Of a DNA stretch of 56,598 nucleotides, positions 35,602 to 48,687 are shown piece by piece. A program made the translations under genes and the position numbers. Source of the stretch: Basidiobolus meristosporus CBS 931.73 (lineage: Eukaryota > Fungi > Basidiobolomycota); the NCBI GenBank assembly GCA_002104905.1, contig MCFE01000578.1, forward strand, positions 1 through 56,598, given 5' to 3'. Each line of letters begins with the position of its first letter. Position 1 is the first letter of the stretch. The notes below the pieces were generated by a model, which was not told where the DNA came from, made no database searches, and saw only the letters and a list, made by a program, of their open reading frames with translations.

Positions 35602-37467
35602 TGTGTTGTGGGGTCACAGTATTGATGTGCTCATTCCCATATTTTCTACCTCCCTATTTCTCTACTACACTTATTTTAGTTTTATCCCATTTGTCATACC
35701 TGATCAGTACTCTACCATAAGCTGGTGTGGTGGTGTAGAGATACTCCAGGGAGAAGCTACACAACTCAAGGTGTGTGAGGTGTCTGATGGGTGCAATGAC
35801 CTCTGTGTCTAAACTGCTGGAGTCTTTGCCAATATGTCACTATGGTAAAAGCTCCTGCTTCTCTAGCTTCCTAGGTGCTCCAAGTGTCTCCAAAGGCCTC
35901 TGTGTATCTTTTGCACTACCCTGAAAAGCTCCTTGATGGCAGGTCTGAGATGTACTGTTGAAGGCAGGTGCAGTGATCAACTGCTAATCAACAAGCTAGA
36001 AGTGTTACTGATAGAATGGATGATTTATTTATCAGGGATTGCTTTCCCTTAAATGCTTTTCCTGATTGCCAAGTGATTATTAATTACAAGGTTCTAGAGG
36101 GTTTTAGGCATCAGTGGAATTCTTGATGACATCATTATGAGTTAAAAATATGCCAAGAATGTCCTGGAAGGTTCTAAAAGGCACAGCACATCCAACCAAT
36201 CAGGAATCAATAGTCTGAAACCTGTGCAACATAGAAATACTATATATGGTATTGAAATGGTAGGGATGGTAACACAGACCTAGGTCATATGTCACAGGTA
36301 CTGATGCAGGTACTTGCCTCATGTAGATACATATACTGCTCACAAAGCTGAATAACATCTGGGATAACTAATGCTAATAACTAATTAGGGTAAACATCAT
36401 ATGGGGATAATAATGATTATATGGGCAAAAGAAGAATGGGATAATACTGATCAGATAAAATATGAATAAGTATATCATAATGGCTATATGAATAAACTTG
36501 TCTGTGGGAGGTATTTTTAGCCTACCATGCTGTTGACTATCACACCTGCTACCTTATTGCATAGGTTATCCCTCACTTTATGTAAGATTACTAGCAATAA
36601 GTGCTTCTACATCAGGCAAGTACCTGCGCCAGTACATGTGACAGATGATCAACCTGTGTCACCATCCCTACCATTTCAATACCATAGATGGTATCCCTAT
36701 GTCATACAGGCTTCAGAGTACTGATTCCTGTTTAGTTGGATTTGCGGTGTCTCTTAGAACCTTCTGGCACCTAATTAGAACATTCTTAGGTCATTCTGAT
36801 GGCATTAGGACTTCTATTGATATCTGGAATCTTCTGGAGCACCATGATCAGTAGTCACTTAGCTGGTAAGGAAAGTACATAAGGGAGGCTATCCCTCAAT
36901 AACAAATCAGCATCCATTTTATCAATATACCAACTTGTTGATTAGTGTGATCACTGCTACTTGCTGCTATCTGAACTTCCAACCCCAGACCACAGGACAC
37001 TCCCAGGAGACCATGCTGACAGCCAACTACCTTGGAGGCACTACTTGTGAGGAATACTCAGAGTAGGTATCTTTTATTGTATTTGATTCTTTCCCAAGTT
37101 TGTTCTTGTACATGCAAAGATACTTTTCTGTCTTTGTAACTATTGACCACAGCTGCATTTTTATCAAGTCCCTGCTGGTGGAGCTTACAGTTGATTTGAC
37201 TTTGGAAGCTTTAGTGCATTGTCATCTCAAAGGATGCTGAACCCTGCACATACTTTTGTTAAGATGCCAAATAAGTTGGGAATTGTGGCTCAATAGTTTT
37301 CCCTTGACAAGCTTGTGGCTTTATTCCCCATCACATTAGATTAGAGACAGAACCCAAGTATTCCTAGCAAGCTTTTGCCAGAGGTTATTGCACCCAGGAA
37401 CACCCCACACACAAAACACTTGAGAAGTGTTGGACATATCTCTCCCTTGAACGTATACACCACCACA
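35602..37467 (+). mobile_element. TGTGGTGG-family repeat (copy D, opposite orientation) with nested copy E
   Basis: Reverse complement of copy C over 35602-35725 and 36529-37467; ends cgtatacaccaccaca; left end degenerate; no TSD recognised. Confidence 0.75.
35726..36528 (-). mobile_element. Divergent TGTGGTGG-family member (copy E) inserted head-to-head inside copy D
   Basis: Starts tgtggtggtgtagag; shares cacagcacatccaaccaatcaggaatca and other blocks with A-C; copy D resumes afterwards (right boundary +/- a few bp). Confidence 0.65.
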
Positions 37468-38059
37468 GCAGTCTGTTTACTGATGTAGTACTAATCAAAG
37501 TCAGTATACTCAGCAGTGCAAGTGATGCAAGGGAAGTCTTCTAACGTTTATGTTTCAGTTGCAGTGTGGGGATTCTTGAAAGAGAGGCTCACCCTGATTT
37601 TTCAGCTGGGGTAGTCATATATATTAAATTCTGCAGGATCAAAGTTTTTGGGCTATTGTGCCGGCAATACATGTTATGGCAAGCCCAAATCTTGCAGTGG
37701 TGTAGATTGAACATAGGCGTAGCACCTGCAAGCATGCCACATGATTTGATTAGCTAGTTCAAGAGTTGCAAGCAATCAAATTCACCATTGTAATCCTAGC
37801 AATAGAGGCCTAGTATATATGGTTATTGGACTCTTTATATCATAGCTCCTTAAATACTGCTTCAAATGGGCTGTAATCTGAAGCATGTATTAGCTACTGA
37901 GTGCTCTGCAGGACATAATACTCTCTGGTGGCTTGATTGCCAGGGTCTTGAGCTTTCACCCTTCAAAGACAAAATTTTGGTCTTCCATTTTTATGTTATA
38001 TTTTTCAAAGTAAAATAAAGGAATGAGTTCAATATTGGCTTTGAGATATTGTATTAATG

Positions 38060-40460
38060 GAATACTTTCTATTACCACATACTCTTAGTTCAGATAATAA
38101 TATGCGTTTTGACATGGCAGCCATTTACAGTTATCCTGCTGGAAAGAATACAAAATGCATCCAGCAATTGATGCAGGTAGCTTTTCAGCTTGGATGGTTA
38201 TTTAGGCCCAGATACCAGAAAGACTGCCATCAAGTTTCTGCTCTGATACTGTAAGATGGGTGACAAATAAGGTTGTTGAGAACCAGTGGCTAGCCGGATT
38301 TGTTGGTAATGTGCTTGTTTGATGAAAATCCATCAACTGCCAAGTCAAAGGCATGGTCATACTTAACTTCAAAGTGGCCCTTGCTTTTAAGCTGTTTGTA
38401 ATATTTTTCATCAAATATATTGGATATGTTTGCGCTTGATTGATACTGAGTGTGGTACTTGATGGCTTCATACTATTTGTTGGACTGCACAGGCTTCTTT
38501 AGATGGTGCATTCCTGGAATATATCTGGAGTGTGAGCAATGTTTTCCTCCAATGGTGGTGGATTCCTGACAAGTTGGGTACCTTGCAAAGGTAGCATTTT
38601 CTGATATGTATGCCATGTAACTGTTGACACAAGCAGGTATCAGGATGATCTCTAGGTCATGTATTGCCAGCTGCATGAGGGTTGTCTGTATGTACCTTGT
38701 ACATGGGGAGTTGCATCCCCAGATGATTTTGGCAAGATGTAGTAGCAAATCCTCAAAGCCCCCATTACTGATATTAGATGAAGCACACATATTCTCTAGC
38801 CACAATCACACATCATTCACCAGTAGATGGATTACTGGGCTCACTTGACACCATAATGTATCCTTGCTTATTTTTCCCCAGGTGTTGTGTCTTTGCATAA
38901 TAGGATTCTTCTGGGCTAATACAGAGTACCTTTGTTAGGGAAAATATGCTCACAATCCACCAGTGAGCCTGCACTTCAGAGTCATCACTCTGTATGCCAT
39001 ATTTGGAAGGCTGGTGTGAGCCTAAAGGTGTTGCAAACTCACCTAACTCAGCTTGCACAAGGTGATAAGTATGGCCACAAGCTCTTATATTAATATAAAG
39101 TGGTTTGCAAGATAGTGTTGGTGCAGTAGTGACAGGTGAATGGTCAAATATGGCTTGTGTGGGAAAACTCTGGCTGTGATCTTTGTAATGCTTCCTATGC
39201 TAGCTGCATGATTCATGGCTGAGAGGCTTGCTACAATAGTCACTTAGTCTGTTTTCCTTTCTCTTGAGGTGTTGAATCAAAGTAGATATGTCCATGGGGC
39301 AAATAGTGTGACACTCAGTAACATAATGCTATAATATTATTTTTTTGTCAATACCTATGTGAGTTTAAGACACTCTTGTACTTGAGACATTGCACCTACA
39401 TGAAGGTTGGATTTTATGATGACCTATCATAGTAAGCATTACAAATAAAGTTGTGGCACCACATACACATGTATATATTACACCACTTTTCCTTTGGTTT
39501 GACTCACTTCTGTATATATGCCGCCAATAAATAAAGTCAAGTAGTCTGGTTCCCAACCAAACCCCACCACTGACAGCAGCAGAATAATGGTTGAACAACA
39601 GCTTGCTTTGAAATTCAGTTCAACAAACAGAGCTATAACTAAAAAGGCCCTGTGGACAGTGTGCCCACTGAAGGTAATAATGCAGACTCCTCAGGCACTT
39701 AGTCAAGTAGGTAATTGGGAATTTCTGCAGAGCTGCAAGCTGGTTGAAAATTTCAGGCAGATGAGAATGTAGTCAAAGCTGTACCTTTTGCTGAAGGCCA
39801 ACAAGTGGCCGTCAAAGCATCACCACCACCTGTATTAGCAGGTATATTGCCAGCTCATACTGAATCTCTAATTACAAGGATCATGGCCAGTGTTTGGCCA
39901 CACAAGTCAGGTTTGGCCATTCCTCAGTCACTATGGTACCAACATTATCTTGCCTGCCAGTTTTTGCTACTATAGGGGCACCTGGTCATCTTTGTTACCT
40001 TGTGTAAACTGAGTCAGATGAGCTTGTAAACACCTTGAGGCTCGCCTCTGCCTTCTGAATATGGCATGTGGAGTGATAGCTCTACAGAAGAAGGCTCACT
40101 GATGGATTGTGAACCTATTTCCCCTGACACCAGTCCCCTGCATGAGCCTGGCCAGATCCTAAGATGCAATGAGACAACACCTGTTGAAAAAAAAAGCCGG
40201 AGATACTATGTGGAGCCAAATGAGCCCAGTAATTTACTTACTAATGAAAGATGTGGTGTTGTGGCTAGAGAATTGGTGTGTTTCCACAAATATAATTAAT
40301 GGGGGCTTAGTAAGCTCACTACTACTTCTTGCCAAAATCATTCCAGTATGCAACTTACCACATACATGGTACAACTAGACAACCATCATTTGGGTGGTAA
40401 CATATGACTCAAAGACCATCTTGATACCAGCATGTGTTAGCAGTTGCATGGCATTCATGT
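38060..40460. pseudogene. CACTA remnants: forward piece (~38060-39860) abutting an inverted transposase N-terminal piece (~39870-40460)
   Basis: Similar to 2440-4220, then to the reverse complement of 2960-3560. Confidence 0.7.
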
Positions 40461-43400
40461 CAGAAAGGTTGTCACAAAGTTAAAGTCCTGTGACTAAGAG
40501 GTACTGATCCTGTCAGGATACTGTCCAGAGACTATTGAAAAATAATTGCACCCCAGATTTCACAAAAAACTTAGTCAAAATTTTTCATCAAATTAATGTA
40601 TAAGTGGCTTTTGATTGGTTCTCTGCTGATTTGCTCACTTTCTGATCCCAGATAATCTATTGCCTCCTACATTTGTGTGCATTGATTGGCTATTGCCTCT
40701 TTGTCACACTCCTAACTTCCGGACCCAACTGTTTCTGTTACTTTTAATGCATACAAATTGATTTATTTCAGTCAAAACTTCAGTTGTACCTCAATTGCCA
40801 ATTGTATTGACCTATACAAGTCCCTATACTCTACATTAAAATTAAGCCCAACCCCACACTCAACAAGCAACTTCATTAAAATCCTCCACTCAATAAGTAT
40901 TTCTGCTGTAATGCTCTGGTTCCACAACTTTGGCAGCAACCCAGCAGCTTTATGCCACTGTTCATTCACTGGTTCCCACACATCCTGGGCTTCAGCCAGC
41001 ACTGCAAGGTCTAGGACCTCATCTGCTTGTCTTTGCAATAAATCCTTGCAATATTCAAGTGCGTTTTTTTGAGCACTGCTCTTGAAGAAGTGCTGCAACC
41101 TCTTGGTGTGCCTATTAATGTTCCGAAATTCCACTGAAGGCATTGCCATAGTCTTTTGAGCTCTTGACATTGTAGCCCTGTCTGTAGGTAAAATTTCTGC
41201 TGTGTCAGCAATGTAGGATGTGCAGGCTGTGGTAGACAAATTACCTTTTTCTGCAAACTCATCTACCTTGCTGGAGTGAGGCTCAACTGGCTGCGCTTCC
41301 AACTCTTGTGAAAACAGCTGTTTTCTTGTTGGTAATTCTTCTTGGCTATGAAGAGATTTAGTCTGTTCTGGGCTTGTGGCATCAATTGGCAAGAGCTGCA
41401 GTCTTTTTACATGTTTCCCTGTCTCAGGCTTAGGTAGACATTTTTCCCTTTACCTTTTCCTTTATCACTGCCAGGTCTTTCCTTGCTACTTTGCCTGAGT
41501 GGCTCTTGTAAAGGACTATGTTTTCTCCTTGATAAATTCTGCTCTGATGCATCTGTTTTGGCCTGCTTGTCCCTTGCTGGCACTCTTCTGGTACCCTGAC
41601 ATTTCTTTTCCACTTGTCTGGAGGTTTTGGCCCTGCTTGTAATGGGCTCTTGATGAAGCCACTGGCTTTTAGGCATGGCACCCTTGTGCTTCTGCCTTAG
41701 ATAGTTTCTGCTATTCTTAAGATACTTTCTTAGTATACCAATGCTGGCCCAAAATTCAGTTGCCCATTTGAATCCGGGATAATGCTTGTGGAAAAAGTCA
41801 AGTACATTCTGCTTGGCCTTTAGTTCCTGATGGTCCCATGGTATGCCGGCCTTAAAGTGATGGTGTGCTAGACTTTGGACAGTCTTTGCAGCAAAGATAC
41901 TGCATTCTCTACCTGGGATATTGATTGCTCTACATGTGTTTTCTGCTCATCCTTTTTCTGGACTATTTCCTGATTTCTCTGGGCCATTGCAACTATCCTA
42001 TCAGTCACTGCACCTAATTGCTTCACTAATGCTTTGGTATGAGCTGACAACCTACTTGGTAATATGGGGGCTGCTGATGTTATGAAAGTCACTTGCTGGT
42101 CTTCAACTGAGGGTACTGCATTAGCTACATTCTCATCTGCCAGAGCATAATGGTCAGCTTGTGGCTCTGCAGAGTTTCTCAGTTGCCTAGTTGACTGAGA
42201 GCCTAAGGGGTCCACATTTTTACCTTCAATGGGCACACTGTCCACAGGGCCTTTTTTGGATGTAGCCTCACTGGTTGCACTGAATGTCAAGGCAAGCTGT
42301 TGTCCAACCATTCTTCTGCTGGCATCAGCAGTGGGGCTTGTTTGGAAACCTGATTACTTTGTTCTATTTTTTGGCAGCATATACATAGAAGTGAGTCAAG
42401 CCAAAGGGCAAATTGTGTTACATATACATAAGTATGTGATGCCACAACTTTATTTATAATGCTTACTCTGGCAGGTCAGCATTGAATCTTACATTGATGT
42501 AGGTGCAATGTCTCAAATACAAGACTTTCTCAAGTTCATATGAGTATTGAGCAAAAAGTGATATAATAGCATTATGTTTTTGAAGGTCAAGCTGTTTGCC
42601 CATGGACAAGACTACTTTGACTCAATGCTGTAAGAGAAGAAAAGAAGACCATGTGGCTATTGTGGCAAGCTCCCAGCCATGCAGCATGCAGACAGTATAG
42701 GAAGTGTTACAAGAATCATGGCCAGTGGCTTGCCACACAAGTCATATTTGACCTTTCATTGGTTACTACTGTACAAACATTATCTTGATGGCCAGTTGAT
42801 ACTTCTATATTGGCACCTGGCTGTATTTGTCACCTTGCGCAAACTGAGTCAGGTGAGTTTGTGACACCTTTAGGCTCACCTCAGCCTTCTGAATATGGCA
42901 TGCAGAGTGATAACTCTGACAAAAAAGGCTAACTGATGGATTGCAAGCCTATCCCCCCTAACAACAGTGCCAAATATAAGCCCAGTCCAATGCATATATG
43001 CAATGAGACAACACTTGTTGAAACAAATACCAAGGATGCTCTATGGTGCCAAGTGAGCCCAGCAATCAATCTACTGGTGAATGATCTAATGTTGTGGCCA
43101 GAGTAGTGGTGTGTTTCCACTAATATCTATAATGGGGGCTTTAGGAATTTATTACTACTTCTTGCCAAAATCATACCGGGATGCAACTTACCATGTACAT
43201 GGTACAAGTGAACAACCATCATGAATCTGGCAACATATGATCATGAGAATGTCCTGATTCCAGCATGTGTTAATAGTTGCATGGCATTCACATCCAAAAA
43301 TGCAACCACTGCAATGTGTCCATATTGTCAGGAATCCACCACCATTGATGGAAAACATCATTCACACTCCAGGTATATTCTGGTCATACCCCATCTGAGG

Positions 43401-43800
43401 AAGCTGGTGCAGTCTGACAAGTATTGCAAACCTACGCAGTATCACACTCAGTATCAATCAAGCACAAACATATCCAATATATTTGATGGCAAACATAACT
43501 AACAGCTAAGAAGCAAGGGCTACTTTGAAGGTATATGTAACCATGCCTTTGCCTTAGCACTTAATGGATTCTCATCAAACAAGTACTCCACCGCAGGTTT
43601 TGTCACAGCACCTATTAAATCTTGTCAAGTTTTATCCCTTCAATTAGTAGTAGTATTAGTAAAACACTGTTGTAATCCTGTTATAAGATTGTTAAGAGGG
43701 TCACTAATTCCAAGCTGCTGGTATTATGATGGTCTCTGATGTGAACCTGATGGCTGAGCTGGATTGGATCCACCTGCAGGACCAAATTTTTTTCACAGCA
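40460..43800 (+). mobile_element. Inverted, internally deleted CACTA copy (ORF2 on -, transposase 5' part on +, left terminus retained)
   Basis: ORFs 40772-41392, 41407-41676, 41868-42311 are ORF2 homologs; 43221-43502 is a transposase piece; 43570-43800 is the reverse complement of 492-705. Confidence 0.75.
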
Positions 43801-46800
43801 ATGCAGATAATAATTTGTGCTTCTATATGATGGCCATTTACTGATATCCCACTGGAAAGCATTCAAGATTCCTCCATCAATGGATACAGGTAGCTATCCA
43901 GGTTGGATGGTGGTTTAGGACCTGATACCAGAGGTACTAGTATCAGATTTTTGCTCTGATAGCGTTGTGGTGGTGTATAAGTCCAGGGGAGAGATACATC
44001 CAACACTTCTCTAGTGTTTTGTGTGTGGGGTGTTCACTGGGCACAATAACCTCTGGTAAAAGCTTGCTAGGAATACTTGGGTTCTGTCTCTAATCTAATG
44101 TGATGGGGAATAAAGCCACAAGCTTGTCAAGGGAAAACTATTGAGCTACAATCCCCAACTTAGTTGGCATCTTAACAAAAGTATGTGCAGGGTTCAGCAT
44201 CCTTTGAGATCACAATGTACTAAAGCTTCCAAAGTCAAAACAACTGTAAACTCCACCAGCAGGGACTTGATAAGAATGCAGCTGTGGTCAATAGTTACAA
44301 AGACAGAAAAGTATCTTTGCATGTACAAGAACAAACTTGGGAAAGAATCAAATACAATAAAAGATACCTACTCTGAGTATTCCTCACAAGTAGTGCCTCC
44401 AAGGTAGTTGGCTGTCAGCATGGTCTCCTGGGAGTGTCCTGTGGTCTGGGGTTGGAGGTTCAGATAGCAACAAGTAGCAGTGATCACACTAATCAATAAG
44501 TTGGTATATTGATAAAATGGATGCTGATTTGTTGTTGAGGGATAGCCTCCCTTATGTACTTTTCTTACCGGCTAAATGATTACTAATCATGGTGTTCCAG
44601 AAGGTTCCAGATAATAATAGACGTCTTAATGACCTCAGAATGACCTAAGAATGTTCTAATTAGGTGCCAGGAGGTTCTAAGAGGCACAGCAAATCCAACT
44701 AAACAGGAATCAGTACTCTGAGGCCTGTGTAACATAGGGATACCATATATGGTATGGAAATGGTAGGGATGGTGACACAGGTTGATCATGTGTCACAGGT
44801 ACTGGCACGGGTACTTGCCTATTATAGAAGCACTTACCATGCATAAAGTAGTGGATAACCTATGCAGTAAGGTGAGCAGGTGTGATAGTCAACCAGCTTA
44901 TGGGATAATACTGATCAGGTAAGACAAATGGGATAAACTAAAATTAGGGTAGTAGAGAAATAGGGAAGTAGAAAATATGGGAATGAGCACATCTGTCAGT
45001 GGGTGTCACTGTCACCCACCACAGCATAAGATAGGCAACAGATTCAGCCTAATGAGAATCAGTGGCCAGCAGGATTTGCTGGTAGAGTGCTTGTTTAATG
45101 AGAATCCATCAAGTGCTAAGGAAAAGGCATGATCAAAGATACCTTCAGAGAAGCACTTGCTTCCTAGGTGTTTTAATGTTTGCCATCAAATATGTTGGAT
45201 ATGTTTGCACTTGATTGATACTCTGTACAGTACTGTACAGCTTTGTAATATTTGTCAGACTGCATGAGCTTTTTTAGATGGGGTATTACTGGAATATTTC
45301 TGGAGTGTGAACAATTTTTTCCCTCAATGGTGGTGGATTCCTGACAATTTGGACATATTGCAATGGTAGCATTTTTGGATGTGAATGCAATGCAACTGTT
45401 GAACATGCTGGAATCAGGACAGTCTCTGGGTTATATGTTGTCAGCTGCATGACAGTTGTCGACTTGTACCATGTACATGGTAAGTTGCATCCTGGAATGA
45501 TTTTGGCAAGAAGTAGTAATAAATCCTCAAAGCCCCCATTACTGATATTAGTGGAAACACACCACTACTCTGGCCACAACATTACATCATTCACCAGTAG
45601 ATGGATTACTGGGCTCACTTGGCTCCATAAAGTATTCTTGGCAATTACATCAATGGGTGTTATCTTATTGCATATTGGGATTTGACCGGGCTTATGTGTG
45701 GTACTGTTATTAGGGGAGATAGGCTTGCAATCCATCAGTTAGCCTCCTTCGTCAGAGTTATCACTCTGCATGCCATATTTAGAAGGCTGAGGTGAGCCTA
45801 AAGGTGTCACAAACTTACCTGACTTAGTTTGTGCATAGTGATAAGTATGGCCAGATACCATTATAGAAGTGTCAAGTGGCCAGCAAGATATTGTTAGTAA
45901 ATTAGTGATTGGCAAATGGTCAAATATGACTTGTGGGGCAAAACACTGGCCATGATCCTTGTAATACTTTTTATGTTGTGTGTGTGCTTTGTGACTGAGA
46001 GGCTTGCTACAATAGCCACATGGTCTTTTTTCACTTCTCTTACGGTGTTGAATCAATATAGTCCTATCAATGGGACAAACAGTTTTACCTTCAACATCAT
46101 AATGCTATTATATCACTTTTTGTTCAACACTCATGTGAATTTACAACAGTCTTGTATTTGAGACATTGCACCTACATGAATGTAGAATTCAATGATGACC
46201 TGCCATAGAAAGCATTATAAATAAATTTGTGGCACTATATACACATGTGTATGTGCTATTATTTCCCCTTTGGTTTGACTCACTTCTATATATATGCTGC
46301 CAAAAATAAAGCAAAGTTATCTAGTTCCCAACTAAAACCCACTGCTGATGGCAGCAGAAGAATGGTTGGACAACAGCTTGCTTTGACATTCAGTGCAACA
46401 AGCAGGGCTATATCCAAAAAAGGTCATGTTGACAGTGTGCCCACTGAAGGTAATAATGCGGGCTCCTCAGTCACTTAGTCACATTGCCAATTGAGAACCT
46501 CTGTGGAGCCGCAAGCCAATTGCTATGCTCAGGCAGATGAGAATGTAGCCAATGCAGTACCCTCAGTTGAAGACCAGCAAGTGACTTTCATAACATCACC
46601 ACCACCCATATTAGCAAGTATGTTGTCAGCTCACATCAAAGCATTAATGAAGCATTAGGTGCAGTGGCTGATGGGATAGATGCAATGACTTAGAGAAATT
46701 AGGAAATTGTCCAGAAACAGGACAAGCAGAAAATATGGGTAGAGCAATCAATATCCAAGGTAGAAAAAGCAGTATCTTTGCTGCAAAGTAGGAACTCAAG

Positions 46801-48687
46801 TAGCTCAATCTTACAGCCAAGATTTGAGCCATCTCCCAATGTAGCAGCAGAGGAACACCGTACAGCCTTTGAGGCACAACAGCAGTGCCCAAAGATAAAG
46901 CCCACTGAAAAACCTTTCACAGAATTGGAGGGAGAGACTGTGGTGCTTATACCCAAGCCTAAAAATCAAGGACTCTGAAGGTCTGTGCAGCCATTGAGAG
47001 CAATAATGAAGAGGCTGTCAGAAGTCTCGCACACCATCACCTTAAGACCAGCATACCATGGGACCATCAGGAACTCAAGACTAAGCAGAATGCACTTGAC
47101 TTGTTCCATGAGCATTATCCTGGATTCAAATGCGCAAGCTGATTTTGGGCCAGCTTTGGTATGCTAAGAAAGTATCTGAAGAGTAGCAGAAAGTATCTGA
47201 AGAGTAGCAGAAACTATCTAAAGCAGAAAAATAAGTGTGCCATGGCAAAAACCAGTGGCTTCCTCAAGAGCCTGTTACAAGCAGAGCTAAAAGCTTTAAA
47301 CAAGTGTTGAAGAGACACCAGGTAGCTGGAAAAGTGCCAATATGGGACAAGCAGGCAGACATGTATGCACCAGCACAACATTTATCAAGGAAAAGTGTAG
47401 TACCACTCAACAAGCACTCAGTCAAAGTAGCAGTGAAAGACCTGGCGGTGATAAAAACCAGTGGCTTTCACAGGAGCCTGTCACTGCTATGGCTGAGAGC
47501 TCAAAACAAGCAGAAATGAAACATCAGGTTGCCAGAGGAGTGCCAGCAAGGGACAAGTAAGCCCAAACAGATGTGTCAGAGCAGAATCTGTCAAGGAGAA
47601 AACATAGTGCATTTCAAGAAGCACTCAGACAAAGTAGCAGTGAAGGACCTGGCAATGATAAAGGAAAAGGTAAAGGGAAAAATGTCTACCCAAGCCTGAG
47701 ACAGGGAAACATGCAAAAAAACAGCAGCTCTTGCCAATCAATGCTGTAAGCCCAGAACAGACCAAATCCTGTCATAGCTAAGAAGAATTACCAAGAAGAC
47801 CACAGCTGTTTTCACAAGATTGGAAGTGCAAGCAGTTGAGCCACACTCCAGCAAGGTAGATGAGTTTGCATAAAAAGACTATTTTTCTACCACAGCCTCC
47901 ACATCCTCCATTGCCAACAGAGTGGAGATTTTACTAACAGACAAGGCCACTATGTCAAGAACTCAAAAGACCATGACAATGCCTTCAGTGGAATTTTGGA
48001 ACATTAATAGGCACACCCAGAGGTTGCAGCACTTCTACAAGAGCAGTTTTCAAGACAACACACTTGAATGTTGCAACAATTTATTGCAAAGGCTAGCAGA
48101 TGAGGTCCTTGACCTTCCATTGCTGGCTGAAGACCAGGATGTGTGGGAACCAGTGAATGAACAGTGGCATAAAGCCATTGGATTCCTGCAAAGTCATAGA
48201 ATCAGAATGTTACAGCAGAAATTCCTATTAAGTGGTGGATTTTAATGGAGTTACTTGTGGAGTATGAGGTTGAGCTTAATGTTAGTGCAGTGTATAGCGA
48301 CTTATATAGGCCAATACAATTGGCAATTGGGGTATAATTGAAGTTTCAACAGAAATTAATCAATTTGTAGGCATTAACAGTAGGAGAAACAGTTGAGTCA
48401 GCAAGTAAGGAGTGTGAAAAAGTGGCAATAGCTAATCAATGCACGCAAATGTTGGAGGTGATAGAGTGTCTGGGATCAGAAAGTGAGCAAATTGGCAGGG
48501 AACCAACCAAAGACACTTATATATTGTTGCAATGAAAAATTTTGACTTATTTGTTTGTGAAATCTGGGGTGCAATTATTTTTCAATGGTCTCTGCACAGT
48601 CTCCTGGCAGGATTAGTCTCTCTTAGTCATTGAACTTTAAATCTGTGATGGCCTTCTGATAGGATTGTAACAATAATTTCTCATAGG
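43801..48687 (-). mobile_element. CACTA copy lacking its left end, same orientation as 492-10675
   Basis: Colinear with 2440-7200 and 10626-10675; ends ataatttctcatagg; both nested insertion sites of the first copy are empty here. Confidence 0.8.
43966..45023 (-). mobile_element. Solo-LTR-like repeat, TGTGGTGG family (copy C)
   Basis: tgtggtggtg...cccaccaca; TSD gcgt/gcat; empty paralog at ~2605. Confidence 0.85.

Larger units (their letters stand above)
35150..38010 (-). pseudogene. Possible very degenerate Gypsy gag/protease remnant interrupted by nested LTRs
   Basis: Broken minus-strand fragments KPPES, DYNGEFD, HIMKF and IDNSSESYI resemble gag, knuckle and protease motifs; weak. Confidence 0.3.

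Noticed and set aside
47168-47212. 21-bp tandem duplication (aaagtatctgaagagtagcag x2)
   Set aside because: Single-copy slippage in a dead element; absent from paralogs.
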